Assembly: GCA_951406725.2 (NCBI GenBank)
Contig: OX597821.1
Location: 108,128,001 to 108,192,000 of the forward strand
Direction: 5' to 3'
DNA from: Octopus vulgaris
Taxonomy: Eukaryota
DNA: 64,000 nucleotides
In this document: one piece after another, positions 15,956 through 30,053 of the stretch
How the letters are laid out: each line of letters begins with the position of its first letter
Position numbering within the stretch: the first letter of the stretch is position 1
Translations under genes and position numbers: made by a program
The notes under the pieces: generated by a model
What the model was told of the DNA's origin: nothing
Databases searched by the model: none
What the model saw: only the letters and a program-made list of their open reading frames with translations

Positions 15956-17808
15956 TGGTTTTTCTGCCTTCCTCAGTCTGGGTGCTTCACATCACCACTC
16001 CTCTAGGTGCTTTTGTCCCAGCTTTTAGTAAATTTGCTGGTACATAAGGGAGTCTGATTCCACTATCCACGCATGTATCACATATCGGACTGTTTGTTCA
16101 TCCAATATTGTGGAGAGGAGGGTGTCTAGTTCCTTTTTGAAGACATCTACTTCTACCTTATGTAAATTTCTTAATTTTTGTGGCAGGGTATTGAAGAGCT
16201 GTAGGCTTTGAACCCTAGATTATTGCAGTGCATAGTCCTGGATATAGATGGACTAGATGGGACCTTTGGTACAATACAATGGCGGCCAGTTCTGGCATTT
16301 GTATAACACTCAATGCCAAAGTTAGGTACTGGCCCTTCTAAGATTTTCCATTTGTATATTACTACATATCTGTCACGCCTTCACTCCAAGGAATAAAGCA
16401 GTAGTTTTCTCAACCTATCCCAGTAGCTCATCTACTGCACTGTTTGAATCTCTTTAGTGTAGTGGTATTGGACTGCTTCAAGCTCCACTGTTAGTTTAGC
16501 ACTATGTGGTGACCATAACTGGGAGCAGTAGTCCAGGCGGCTGAGAACAAAGTTTCTCGACAGGATCAACACAGATTCTTATTCTCTTGTCTTGAAGGAC
16601 AACAGTATCCATCGTGTCAATTGTCTGCACTTTGCTACCATCTTCCTTATGTGCATATAAAATTAAATGTCATTGCATATACTAATCTCCAAGTCTTTCA
16701 CTGCCTGTGACTCTGGGATTGTAGTGCTTTCGGCTCCTGTAGATGTAGATTGTACTGTATTCGTGAGTCGATAGTGCAGCGCTTGAAATTTTCCAGCATT
16801 AAACTGCATGTTGTTTATTTAGACCCACTTGAATATTGAATTTAGTTCCCACTGTAAGCTTGTGACATCATATTGGCTTCTTATTTATTGCCTGTGATGA
16901 TTTTGTATCATCGGTATAGCTAGTGACAGTGGTTGTCCAAGTGACCGTGGGCAAGTCTATAAGGGCTATTATGAACAATAATGGCCCCAGAATAGTTCCC
17001 TGGGGGACAGCACTTAGGATTTGAATTTCCTCAGAAAGGGCACCATTGGCTGCAACTACTTGGCTTCTGTTTTTTAAGGAAGTCATGCAGCCACTCTCCC
17101 AATTTACCAACAATGCCAAAGTCCCGTAGCTTATGTCTTATCATGCCATGATCTACCTTATCAAATGTCTTTGCGAAGGCAAGGTGTATCACACTGACAT
17201 CTGAATGGTCAAGCAGCTGCCTCAAAGCCCAGTCATAGTGCTGTAGGAGTTGTGTGCAGCTTCTTCCTGGAAAGAAGCCATGTTGTGTATTGTTCAGTAG
17301 GTCATTTTCCTCTAGGAACATTATCAACCTCTTTCTGATGATTCGCTCCCCGACTTTACTAACATGCGAAGTCAGAGAGATTGGGCTGTAGTTTTTGACC
17401 TTGGCTCTGCTTCCACTCTTGTTGATAGGGCATATAATGCCCTTTTGTTTTAGCTTTTTAAGAAGTATACCAATTGCAAGGAAACTTTGGAAAAGTATCT
17501 GAAGTGGTTTCGCTAAAGCCTGTTTACATGACTTTAGGAGAATGAGCTCATTTCATCTATGGTTGCTGTTACATCTGTTTCTTCAATATTGATGTAATCG
17601 ATAGCTGGCGCCTCATTTTTTAGAGCTGCAATATCAAAGTATTCAGCCAGATTTTTTTATCTGCTTGTGTAGAAGTGTGGAAGTGAAGACACTTTTAAAT
17701 TGTTCACTGAGTATCTCACTTGTCCTTCCTGGGTCTGCCGTCAATGAGTCTTTCTCTTGGAACAATGGTCATATTCTATATTGTATTGTGACTGTTTCCT
17801 TTGCGAAT
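15956..17808 (-). mobile_element. Degenerate CR1-like LINE ORF2 (reverse transcriptase and C-terminus)
   Basis: QHGFFPGRSC..LAFAKTFDKVDH (RT N-terminal motifs), VPQGTILGPLLF, YTDDTK; many stops and frameshifts. Confidence 0.9.
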
Positions 17809-18284
17809 TTTAAATGTTGAAATGAATCTAACGGGTTTTGTTTTTGTGTGTTCTTAAATGGCTTATAAATATTTTCCACGCTGCAATTGTTTTTGTTTCT
17901 TTTTGTTTCAGCACACGATCTCAGATCAAGTCACCTGTTATACAAGTACATCTCCATGTTTGTATTCGTTCGGTTTCCTTCCACTGTCCTGTTTTAGTTA
18001 CCAAATTTAACCCTCCATAAATCCAAAATTTTATTTTGCTATTTATGGGAGCAACTGTCTTCGAAGACTCATATTGTTGAATGCTCGAAATAAGGAGTAG
18101 ATAGACAGTAGATAACTAATGAAGGCTCATTCTTTGTGTTACTTGTCCTGTTTTCCATTCGCTTCTCTCGTTGTTTGCGTATTGAACTCATTTGTTTTCG
18201 CATTTAATGTTGTTTTCGGTTGGTGACGGCCTGTACCCATATATGCATATATATATATATATATGCACACGCATACATATTCTT

Positions 18285-18640
18285 TATTCTTTTACTTGTT
18301 TCAGTCATTGGACTATAGTGGAGCAAATCGACCCAGAGCTTACTATTTGTAAGCCCAGTACTTATTCTATCAGTCTCTTTCCGAACCGCTAAATTACAGG
18401 GACGTAAACCCACCACCATCTGTTGTAAAGCGATGTTTGGGGACAAATACAGACACACAAATACACACACACATATACGACGGGCTTCTTTCAGTTTCCG
18501 TCTACCAAATCCACTAACAAGGCTTTGGTCGGGTCGAGGCTATAGTAGAGGACACTTGCCCAAGGTGCCATGCATTAGATCTGAACCCGGAACCACGTGA
18601 TTGGGAAGCAAGCTACTTGCCACACAGCCACTCCTGCGCC
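18285..18640 (-). mobile_element. SINE family A, near full length
   Basis: Reverse complement of the family A consensus; ends cacagccactcctgcgcc. Confidence 0.85.
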
Positions 18641-18707
18641 TGTATACATATTATTTATATAATATAATATAATATGTAATATTATATATATATATATATA
18701 TATACGT

Positions 18708-19010
18708 AAGAAGTTTGCTTCGCAACCAAGCAGTTCTCAGATCAGTTCCGCTTCGTGGCACCTTGAGCAAGTGTATTCTACTATAACTTCGGGCGCCAAG
18801 CAATTCCTTGTCAATAGAGTTGTCCTCCCTTACTGCTTGACGTCCGGTGTTGGTGTGTTTATGTACCCGTTAATTAGCTGTCCGGCAAATAAATGCGATA
18901 GAAAAGTACCACGATTGTAAAAACGGTAAGTTGTAGTGTCGGTTTGTTCGACTAAAAATATTCAAGTCTGTGCCCCAGAATGGCCACAGTTCAATCGAAA
19001 CAAGTAACAA
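18708..19010 (+). mobile_element. SINE family A, diverged
   Basis: gtggcaccttgagcaagtg ... tgccccagaatggccacagt tail. Confidence 0.7.
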
Positions 19011-19309
19011 AAATTGGTGAAAGATTGTGGCGCGTCAATTCAATATATAATACATAATTCAATATAAAATTGATAATTGAATAACTGAGATCTAAAGTTA
19101 AAAGAAACGAAACGTGATTGAACCGAAGACAAGAAACTTGTCTACAGAGCCTCTACAAGATTTTTTTATTTTCTTTTTGGTGTTGCTTCTCGGAATTCAA
19201 AAAGAATTCGTAAGTTTTGTCTTTTTTTCGTTTGATTTTGATGTATGGATAGAGCTATCTTCAATGTCTATTCTCATGTATATACACACACACATACATA
19301 CATACATAC

Positions 19310-19365
<56 letters not shown>

Positions 19366-19471
19366 ATATATATAATATATATATTTATATATATGTATGT
19401 ATGTATGCATGTATGTATGTATGTATGTATGTATGTATGTATGTATGTATGTATGTGTGTATATATATATG

Positions 19472-19562
<91 letters not shown>

Positions 19563-19936
19563 TCTTTTATTCTTGCATTTGTTTCAGTTAATTTACTGCG
19601 GCCATGCTGGTGCACCACCTTTAGTCGAACAAATCGACCACCAGGACTTATTCTTTGTAAGCCTAGCTCTTATTCCATCGGCCTATTTTGTCGAACCGCT
19701 AAGTTACTGTGACCTAAACATACCAACAACGGTTGTCAAGCGATGGTAGGGGACAAAACGCAAGCACACACATACACACACACACCTACACACACACACA
19801 TACACATACACTCACACATATTCATACATATGTATATATAAATACGACGGGCTTCTTTCAGTTTCCATCGATCAAATCCACTGACGAGGCTTTAGTCGGC
19901 CCGAGGCTATAGTAGAAGACAGTTGCCCAAGGTGCC
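19563..19936 (-). mobile_element. SINE family A, 5'-truncated
   Basis: Reverse complement similarity to the 24135-24530 copy. Confidence 0.8.
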
Positions 19937-20500
19937 ATATGTATATTTATATATAGGTACAAATATGTATGTATGCATGTATGGATGCATGCATGCATGC
20001 ATGTATGTCTGTATGTATGTATGTGTATTTATCAGACTCGTACACACACTCGCACACACATATGTATGTGTCTGACAATATAAAATGCAGTCCTATAGTT
20101 GATAAAAAGGAAACTGCAATGGCGTTAGAAACGCGCCCAACAAACCAAAAGTCTACCAGGATAAAATCTCAGCATTTGAACCTGGAACGGGAAGTCGGAA
20201 GAAATGCCATAAAACATTTTGTCCGGTGAGGTAACGATTCGGCTAGCTTGCCGCACAATGCTTAGAAATAATACTGCAAAAAAAAAAAAATCTTTATAGT
20301 CACGGATGGAATATTTTGTTTTATAGATCATATTAACCAATAAGAAATAACAACAAAAATATTTCAGTTTGAAAACTCCGTGATATTTTTGTTCTGTAGA
20401 ACTTTGTAAAGTCGTCTTATTGGAGACATCTCGTCGCCATTTTGTTTTCTTCAAATTTCACTACATTCTCTTTTTATTCCTCTCCCCTGTCTCCGTCTTT

Positions 20501-20586
<86 letters not shown>

Positions 20587-21499
20587 ACATGCATGCTCTC
20601 TCTCCCTCTCTCTCTGACGCATAAATATACACGTACGTCACTATGTATATATATGTATATATACATTTATATATATACATACACACAAGCATATATATAT
20701 ATATATATATGTATGTATATACATGACGCATTTGTCATTCTTTTCATCATTGCCATTTTCCTTCATTATTTCTGGCATTCAATCTTATTTATCATCCTTT
20801 TCTTTTTCTTTGTTTCGCCATCTCATTTATGTATTTATTTATTAATTTATTTGTTTCCTATTTATTATATTTATTTAATATTTTATTTTTCATTGTTATC
20901 TTTTTCTCTTTGCATTCATTCCTCCCTCGTTTACTATCATCCATTATTTCCGCCTTCATCTTTTCTTTCTTTCTATCTTCCTTTTTATTCTTTCTTGCTT
21001 CCTTTTTCTTTCTTTCTGTTATCCAATTATTCCTTCATTCATTTATTCATTCTTTCATTCATTCATTCAACAATTCATTAATTTAGATCTTTCTATCTTC
21101 CCTGGCTCCGCTTTTACATAACCCTTTCTTCTTTACATTTTTATACCTAATTCCAATATATTTTTTGCAAAAATTTATGGTTTTCCTTTTAACAAACAAA
21201 CTCAATGCCTGCCAAGAAATAACGCCAAAAAAAATGCGATAACAACAACAGAAACCCGAAGAGCAGGAGAAGCGGCAACAACAAAATGACAAATTATTTT
21301 GGAAAATGAAGAACTCCACAGAGTAAATGCAATTTTGTTTGTCTCTGTCATTGCATTGTTGGTCAGTTGTCTTGTAATGTTTTCAAGCAAATAAAGGCTT
21401 TATTTTATTTTTGAAAATGCTGAATTTTCCACTACAGAAAGCAAATGAACCAACATATACAAACGTACATGTATACACACCACCTATATATATATATAT

Positions 21500-21538
<39 letters not shown>

Positions 21539-21611
21539 TGGATAGATGTATAGATAGATGGAGAGATAGATGGAGAGATAGATAGACAGACAGATAGATA
21601 GATAGATAAAC

Positions 21612-21648
<37 letters not shown>

Positions 21649-21841
21649 CATACATACATACATACATACTTAGACAGATAGATAGACAGATAGATAGATA
21701 AATAGATACTAACATACATAGATAGAAACATAGCTACATAGATAGATTGATTAGTTGATAAAAAGTTAGACTGATAGACTGCTGAATGTATAATAGATAG
21801 ATACCTACATATATATATTTGTGTGTGTATGTATCTATCTA

Positions 21842-21897
<56 letters not shown>

Positions 21898-21981
21898 CTT
21901 GTATATATGTGTGTGTGTTTGTGTGTATATATGTATATGTATATACAAATACATACATACATGCGTACATATACACACATA

Positions 21982-22046
<65 letters not shown>

Positions 22047-22945
22047 TATCATATAAAACATAAATGCATTTTATACACTCACACACGCAAACACACATAC
22101 ACATACACCGCACAAACAAACACGCATACAATTTTATTTCATGGAACTCTCTGAATAGAAGCAAATTAACGCAAGAACTAAAAAAAAAATATCGACAGTA
22201 AAATGGACATTCATTTTTTTGGGGGGATTTGTTTGTATTTAGCCTGAAAATAAAGCAACACGGCAAATACCAATAACCCGTATAAAACAAGCAAAACGAC
22301 AGAAACAACAACAGTCTAACAACAAACAAACAACAACAATAACTGCAACTGCAACAAAATGAACACTAACAACAACAACAACAACAGCAACACCGAGAAT
22401 GATTGAAATATATGAAATTAAAGCAAGTCAATTCTATATAACCAGCAAAGACATAGATAAGAGAAACTATACGCAATTGGCAAACACACACATACGCAAA
22501 CATATACGCACACGCACACAAACACACATATATATATATAAACTTAAGCACACTCTCGCACATATACACAGAGACACACGCATATATGTGCGAGAAAATA
22601 CAAAGGGAAGAAAGAGCATTCAATACATAATGTAGAGTATATTTTATTGAGGTTTTGTTTAGGGTTTCATTGCCTCCTTACTCGTCGGTAATGTGTATAC
22701 GTTATTACATGGGAGAACGGTCAAGTAAAAAGAGAAGGAATTGCTCAAGTGAACCCCAGTATTTGTATGCATATGTATATGTGTGTGTATGTGTGTGTAT
22801 GTGTGTGTGTGTGTGTGTGTGAACATATAAATTTATACGCACACATCTTCATATGTAAAAAAAAAATAAACGCATATTGCTATATAAGTACAAGTGCTCA
22901 CATTAATAAATCTCTGAGCGACTTATACACAGTAGCTGCACTACA

Positions 22946-23414
22946 TCGTGAAGTATATTTGTCACCTAAATGTAGCTAACCCTTAAGGGTCGATGCCACT
23001 GTAGCTTGTAGCTCCAGGAAGATACCTGCTCCAGCTGGCTATTGGCACACTATCTGTGCCCTATCAGTATTTGCAAAGGGAAGTCATCGTTCCCGTCTCC
23101 AGCCTGACGTGATATACACGGACCCGAGTTTCTGGGTATTGACCTGTCATCAGCGTGTGACAACCACCGGTTGGCGATGCGAAGTGGTTCTCAATGCAAA
23201 TATATGTATACTTTTTTCAGTGACGAAAGGTCACTGATCTCAAAAAAGTGGAAACAAGCAGTAATATATCTCTGATAGGGAGGAGATTAATACTGACAAG
23301 GCACAGATAGTGTGTCAATAGCCAGCTGGAGGAGATGTTTTCCTAGGGCTACAAGCTACAGTATCATAGGTGCTAAAGGGTTAGTCACATTTAGGCGGCA
23401 AATATACTTCACGA
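22946..23414. mobile_element. Fold-back element with ~125-bp inverted arms enclosing a hammerhead motif (PLE pLTR-like)
   Basis: 22946-23072 is the imperfect reverse complement of 23289-23414; related copy at ~49985-50187. Confidence 0.7.
23116..23158 (-). ncRNA. Minimal type I hammerhead ribozyme motif
   Basis: ACACG-CUGAUGA-CAGGUcaauACCCA-GAAA-CUCGGG-UC/CGUGU: 5-bp stem I, intact core, GUC site, weak stem II. Confidence 0.7.
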
Positions 23415-23641
23415 AGTGCTCATATGTTTCTTTTTCCTTCCTTTTCTCTAGCCGATAATTTCCAGTTAATGAAATGTGCGTAAGATGATATAACGAAATA
23501 TTGTATGAAAAGTCTGTCCTGTTTTACTTTGCTCATACACACACACACACAGACACACACACAGACACACACACAGACACACACACAGACACACACACAG
23601 ACACACACACAGACACACACACAGACAAACACACAGACACA

Positions 23642-23706
<65 letters not shown>

Positions 23707-24134
23707 GTATACTTAGAAATATCTATACATCTCTCTCTCTCTCTCTCTCTCTCTACATATATATATATATATATATATATCTTACAAGAAATAAGGTACT
23801 CAGGAATCTTGATAGTTTTATATTTACATATTTTTACTAATGTCATATGATTTTATAAATCATATAAAGTGCTTGCATCCACTCTAGTGGATTCTTCAGA
23901 TTGAATTTTTTCAGATTTGTCACTTTTTATTGTATTATTGAATGTGTAGGGGTGGAGAGAGATACAGGATAGTAAACGAGGGTGAGGAATGGGGAGAAAG
24001 TGAGAGAGAGAGAGGGCGCTTGTGTGTGTGTGTGTGTGTGTAAATTTGTATCTGAAAGAGGTGTCAATGGAAAAGAGAAGGAAAGGAAGAAGGAAGAGAG
24101 AAAGAAGGAAAATGTGTTTACTTCTATACAGATA

Positions 24135-24530
24135 GGCGCAGGAGTGGCTGTGTGGTAGGTAGCTTGCTTACCAACCACATGGTTCCAGGTTCAGTCCCAT
24201 TGCGTGGCACTTTGGGCAAGTGTCTTCTACTATAGCCTTGGGCCAACCAAAGCCTTGTGAGTGGATTTGGTAGACGGAAACTGAAAGAAGCCCGTCGTAT
24301 ATATATATATATGTGTGTGTGTGTGTATGCGTTTGTCCCCCTAGCATTGTTTGACAACCGATGCTGGTGTGTTTATGTCTCCGTAACTTAGCGGTTCTTC
24401 GGCAAAAGAGACCGATATAGAATAAGTACTGGGCTTACCAAAAGAATAAGTCCCGGGGTCGAGTTGCTCGACTAAAAGGTGGTGCTCCAGCATGGCCGCA
24501 GTCAAAGTGACTGAAACAAGAAAAAAGAGA
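24135..24530 (+). mobile_element. SINE family A, full length and well preserved
   Basis: ggcgcaggagtggctgtgtggtag...ggttcagtcccattgcgtggcactttgggcaagtg...gactgaaacaagaaaaaagag. Confidence 0.9.
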
Positions 24531-24695
24531 AAAGAGAGAGAGAGAGATGGTCAGTTCTTTCAATAGAAAGTGATTCATGGCCTGTAGAAATGACAAAACC
24601 AGGTGGCTACTCCAAGGGTGTGTCTTGTTTTGATAAATGTTATTTTTCAAAAACTTGTCTGGATTTCTTTTTATCATTGTTTGGTGAGAAAGGGA

Positions 24696-24729
<34 letters not shown>

Positions 24730-24951
24730 GTATGTGTGCGTGTGTGTTTGGCTGCCCTTTCTAGCTTGTAAGATGTCCCGTAAAGGATCGCCTGTTTTGT
24801 GTGTAAATATTATACACTCTTATATATGAAAATATGTAGTCTATTGACTTTTATTACGCATGCTAGCCACTGGTATGAACATTTTTCAAAATGTTCTACC
24901 CTTATAATTTTCACAGTATATATATATATATATACATACATATATACATAC

Positions 24952-25084
<133 letters not shown>

Positions 25085-25841
25085 AAGACGCGCACGCGCA
25101 CACACACCTATGACAGCATATATGAATGCGTGTGCATGTGCTTGCGTGAGTATTGACAGGAAGCATGTAAAAAGTTTTGAAGGGGGCGTAGAATTTTAAA
25201 TAGCAACGAAAGGGGTGTCATATACTTCGGGCTACAACTTGTGTTAATTAGTTAAGAATCTTAAATTGCGAGGTTTTTAATTATTCATTTTCGCTTTTTT
25301 TTTTCTTTGTTATATTTCTTTTGTCTTGGACTTCTTCGCGTATGTGAGTAGTTCTTGGTAATTATCATTATTCATAACTTGCAATTTAGAGAGACAATGC
25401 ATTTCCATTGTTGAAACAAGAAGAGAAAGTGGGTTTTTGGAAAATATTGCGAATATATAAAATATATAAGAATATGTAAAAAAAAAAAAAGGAAATAAAG
25501 ATATAAAAATATCGAGAAACAATCAAACCTATAATTTAGAACAGAGAACACCGAAAAAAGACAAAACGGAAAATTGCATGGTTTCTTATTCCACCCAACA
25601 AATACAATAGAAAGAAAACGAAAATAAGGAAAAAATATACGCTAACGAGAGACGAATTAGCGAAACAATGAAATATTCAACGAAGAAGATAATAAAACAA
25701 AGACAGGAAATAATGAAAATGATGTGTGAAGAAATGAAATATGAAAGAAGTATTAAGAAATGAATATTCACGGATATTCAATGTTTTTTTTTATAATTTT
25801 TATTTTATTTTATTGAATTATAATAACTATATTGAATATGG

Positions 25842-26205
25842 GGAGGCGTAGTGGCCCAGTGGCTAGGGCAGCGGACTCGCGGTTTCGATTCCCAGACCGG
25901 GTGTTGTGAGTGTTTATTGAGCGAAAACGCCTAAAGCTCCACGAGACACCGGCTGTGTGGTGGGATGGCGAACTCTGCTGTACTATTTCGCTACAACTTT
26001 CATTATTTCTTCCTGTTTCTGTTGTACCTCTAGTTCAAAGGCCAGCCTTGTTACACTCTGCGTCTCGCTGAATCTCACCGAGGACTACATTAAGGGTAAG
26101 TGGAGTGCTCAACCCTTTGCACATTAAGTTCACGAGCAGGCTGTTCCGTTGATCGGATCAACTGGAAAACTCCTCGTCGTAACCGACGGAGTGCCACGAC
26201 GATAC
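25842..26205 (+). mobile_element. SINE family C (tail variant ending cgtaaccgacggagtgccacg)
   Basis: Head ggaggcgtagtggcccagtggctagggcagcggactcgcgg; body matches 40868-41248(-). Confidence 0.8.
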
Positions 26206-26263
26206 CGAAAATGGTCTTTTTCCATAGACTCTGCTTATGACATTTACATGCAGCAATAGTCAC

Positions 26264-26472
26264 CAAGGCTGTGAGTTGGCAGAATGGTTAGCAAGCCGAA
26301 CAAAGTGCTTAGCGGCATTTTGTACGTCGTCACGTTCTGAGTTCAAATTCCGCTGAGGTCGACGTTGCCTTTCATCCTCCCGGGGTCGATGAAATAAATA
26401 CCTGTTCGCACTGGAGTCATCGATATAATTAAATATCTCCCAAATTTCAGGCTTTGTGCTCACAGTAGAATG
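26264..26472 (+). mobile_element. SINE family B
   Basis: tggcagaatggttagc...gagttcaaattccgctgaggtcgac..gcctttcatcct..ggggtcgat. Confidence 0.75.
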
Positions 26473-26474
26473 GA

Positions 26475-26703
<229 letters not shown>

Positions 26704-26713
26704 GGTGGCGAGT

Positions 26714-27032
26714 ATGAAGACACATGACTCAGTGGTTAGAGCGTCGAGCTTACGATCGTGATGTTGTGAGTTCAAATGCCGGACCGAGCTCCATGTTGTG
26801 TTCTTGAGTAAGGCACTCTATTTCACGTTGCTCCAGTTCACTCAGCTGTAGAAATGAGTTGCGACGTCACAGGTGCCAAGCTGTATCGACCTTTGTCTTT
26901 CCCCTAGATAACATCAGTGGTATGGAGAGGGGATGCTAGTATACATGGGTAACTGCTGGTCTTCCATAGACAACCTTGCCCGGACTTGAAACTGGGAAGG
27001 TAACTTTCTAGGTGCAATCTCATGGACAGTCA
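26714..27032 (+). mobile_element. tRNA-derived SINE family D
   Basis: ctcagtggttagagcgtc...gagttcaaatgcc then gtgttcttgagtaaggcact..ttcacgttgctccagttcactcagctg; diverged copy at 56230-56560. Confidence 0.7.
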
Positions 27033-27039
27033 TCTCAGC

Positions 27040-27350
27040 AAGGTGGCGAGATGGCAGAAACGTTAGCACGCTGGGCGAAATGCTTAGCGGTATTTCGTCT
27101 GCCGTTACGTTGTGAGTTCAAATTCCGCCGAGTTCGACTTTGCCTTTCATCATTTCGGGGTCGATAAATTAAGTACCAGTTACGTACTGGGGTTGATGTA
27201 ATCGACTTAATATCTATTGTCCTTGTTTGTCCCCTCTATGTTTAGTCCCTTGTGGGTAATAAAGAAATACGTATTTCGCCTGTCGCTACGTTCTGGGTTC
27301 AAATTCCGCCGAGGTCGATATCATCCTTTCGGGGACGATGAAATAAGTAT
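27040..27350 (+). mobile_element. SINE family B with internal second unit
   Basis: Full first unit, then a restart at gtatttcgcctgtcgctacgttctg. Confidence 0.85.
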
Positions 27351-27465
27351 CCGTGCAACACCATTGAAACCAATGGTAGCCTTAACACAAAAATAAAGAT
27401 ATTATATCCCCCAATGTGGCGTTGAGCACTCATTTTCAACGTTTGATATTTACGTATATACATAA

Positions 27466-27570
<105 letters not shown>

Positions 27571-27852
27571 ACCTGAACAGGATAAGCTACCCGGTGCTCT
27601 GAACCATTAAGCTAAATCACCCACACAACAAATTCTTCTGCAAATTTAAGATATGTAGAAATCTCGCTTTATGAGATGCTATCATACGTTAAATTCAAAT
27701 TACGATAAACGAAAACAAACAAACGAAGTTTGCTTTAGAAGCGTTGAGATGTGTAGAAAGTTAAAGAAGTGAATTTAAATTCTCAAATGCAGGATCATCC
27801 TAATAATGTAGTCTGAACAGCACAAGCTACCCCTATTTGCAGAAAAAAGTGT

Positions 27853-27908
27853 TGGCGGCCGGCTATGAGACTCGAACTCACACCTCCGTGATTACGCGTC
27901 GCGGTGGG
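27853..27908 (-). pseudogene. tRNA-like 3' fragment (probably a SINE head), 5'-truncated
   Basis: Anticodon-like arm ccgcga-cgcgtaa-tcacgg and T-arm gtgag-ttcgagt-ctcat; no D-arm. Confidence 0.4.
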
Positions 27909-28037
27909 TACACACACACACACACACACAAATATATATATAAGTTCAGTAAAATTTAGATTCAGATGAATATGGTATTTAAGTCAAAGGCACCAGAATT
28001 TTGTATGGTATTATCCATATAAATCAAATGGGGTGAT

Positions 28038-28184
28038 TATAATCAAAACAAGCAGCAAGTATATCCGAGGTAGAGTGGTACAATTGTTTCATGCTACTTC
28101 ATTTTATTAAACACTGTAAGTATTACATCAGTTTTAAAATGTACTACTCGACCTTGGATACACTTGTTGCTTACTTTGATTATA
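28038..28184. repeat. Inverted repeat (~45-bp arms) around a degenerate hammerhead-like motif
   Basis: tataatcaaaacaagcagcaagtatatccgaggtagagtggtaca versus tgtactactcgaccttggatacacttgttgcttactttgattata. Confidence 0.7.
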
Positions 28185-28198
28185 CACACACACACACA

Positions 28199-28234
<36 letters not shown>

Positions 28235-28954
28235 TGTATGTATGTATGTATGTATGTACAGTTGTTCAGAGGTTCATGTGGTCGTTCATCAGACAGTTCT
28301 GATAATACAAATGACATTTTGTAAATTGTGCGAACATGTAAATATGTGTGTATTTGGATACTATTTCAAGAAATAAACATTTAAATCATATTGGATAAGT
28401 AATTTACTTATGTGTGTGTGTGTGTGTGCATGCATATAATTATATATATATATATTTGTATATGTATATATATAGTATATACATAATCTTGTTTAGCCCC
28501 GATTCGTGTATGTTCTCCGCCTCCCTCTCAGTGACATATATAACTTTTCATGTTTGTATGAAATCCATACCTCGAATATCTCAATTTATAATTACTTAAT
28601 TGAATATGCAATAAACTAATTACTTGATAATTAATTTGGAAGCCAAATCGTTTAAATGATTGTATTACATACACACACCTCATTCACAGACATATATATG
28701 TACGTGTTTGTATACATGTGTGTGTGTGTGTATGTATATATATATGTATGTATATATGTGTATATATATATATTGTATATATATACGTTTGTGTAAGTAT
28801 TTATCTATCTCGTTTTCAACATATCTACACAAATCTATTATATTATTTCTCTGTCATTTTCACATACAATATATCAAAATGGCGTTTCAGTACAGCCACA
28901 ATCAATTGGCTGAAACTAGGAAAAGAATACAGTTCTACATTTGAGAGATGGGGA

Positions 28955-29252
28955 ATTATTTATATTATTTACATTATTTACATTGGACGGATACTTATCC
29001 TCATCTTGTGTGTTGTTAACACAACGTTTCGGCTGATGTACTCTCCAGCCTTCATCAGGTGTGCTGGGAGGGGGGAATTTCGAATCTGGGTTCTCATTCC
29101 TAAGGTATTTTCCCGATGTTATTATTATTATTGTTATCATTATTCAGTTCACTGCCTGGAATCGAACTCGGAATCTTGGGATTAATAGCCCGCGCTCTTA
29201 ACCACACCACTAAGCGGACAAATATCCGTCAAATGTAAATAATATAGATAAT
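28955..29252 (-). mobile_element. PLE pLTR-like repeat with hammerhead and short inverted terminal copy
   Basis: Homologous to 50191-50423; 29216-29252 is the reverse complement of ~28960-29000. Confidence 0.7.
29019..29062 (-). ncRNA. Minimal hammerhead ribozyme motif lacking helix III
   Basis: ACAC-CUGAUGA-A-GGCUG(10 nt)CAGCC-GAAA-CG-UU/GUGU; ACGU palindrome in place of helix III. Confidence 0.7.
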
Positions 29253-29316
29253 ATAGTAAAATAATACACACACACATTCACACACACACGCGCACATGCA
29301 CACCCACACACACACC

Positions 29317-29453
<137 letters not shown>

Positions 29454-29464
29454 TCATATATATT

Positions 29465-29880
29465 GTTGGCATCCTTTTGTCTCGGCAGACAATGGAGTTG
29501 CGCGTAAACTAATCCAGCCTGGTTTTTATATTTCATGTCCTCTCCATTTTCTTCTCCAGTCTTGCGCAAGCCTGGGCTAGATGTAAGAAAATCTTGGGTA
29601 GCCCAATCGTCAGGATTCCTCTCTCGACCTTGCTGACGTAGTCCAAAGGTGTGCAGAGCATTACGTTTGGCACCAGCTTGGTTGCAGGAGCTGCCGGAAG
29701 AGTGTCGAGTCGAACACTAACAGCCTACGGGGCTCCACTCCGGATTTCTTTGAAGGTTGTCTCCTTTCCGTAACCCTGGATAGGGGCCCATACCGAGTAC
29801 TGTCACCCGGAGCCAGCTGAACCCGGAAGCAGCTGAGCAGGGTCGTCACTCCCTGAAGTAGTGAAGAAAATCGCTACCCA
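29465..29880 (+). mobile_element. Probable 5'UTR fragment of an RTE-clade LINE
   Basis: GC-rich block (ggcatcct..gtctcggcagacaatgg; cgtttggcaccagcttggttgcaggagctgccggaag; ctccactccggattt) resembling RTE/BovB-type 5' ends; recalled from memory, not searched. Confidence 0.45.
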
Positions 29881-30018
29881 CTACCTATATATATATAGGT
29901 AGTGATCTCTTGAGATCTACCTATATATATAGGTAGTGATCTCATGTGATCTCTTGAGCACCACCAGCTCAAATATTTTTTCCTCTGTCTTCCCTTCTTG
30001 GGATCTTTCCTTCTCCTT

Positions 30019-30053
30019 GTTTCCGACGAAGAGCTCCGCTCGAAACGTTAAAC
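30019..30053 (+). ncRNA. Hammerhead-like motif (U4C variant) in a PLE pLTR-like repeat
   Basis: GUUU-CCGACGA-A-GAGCuccGCUC-GAAA-CG-UU/AAAC. Confidence 0.55.
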
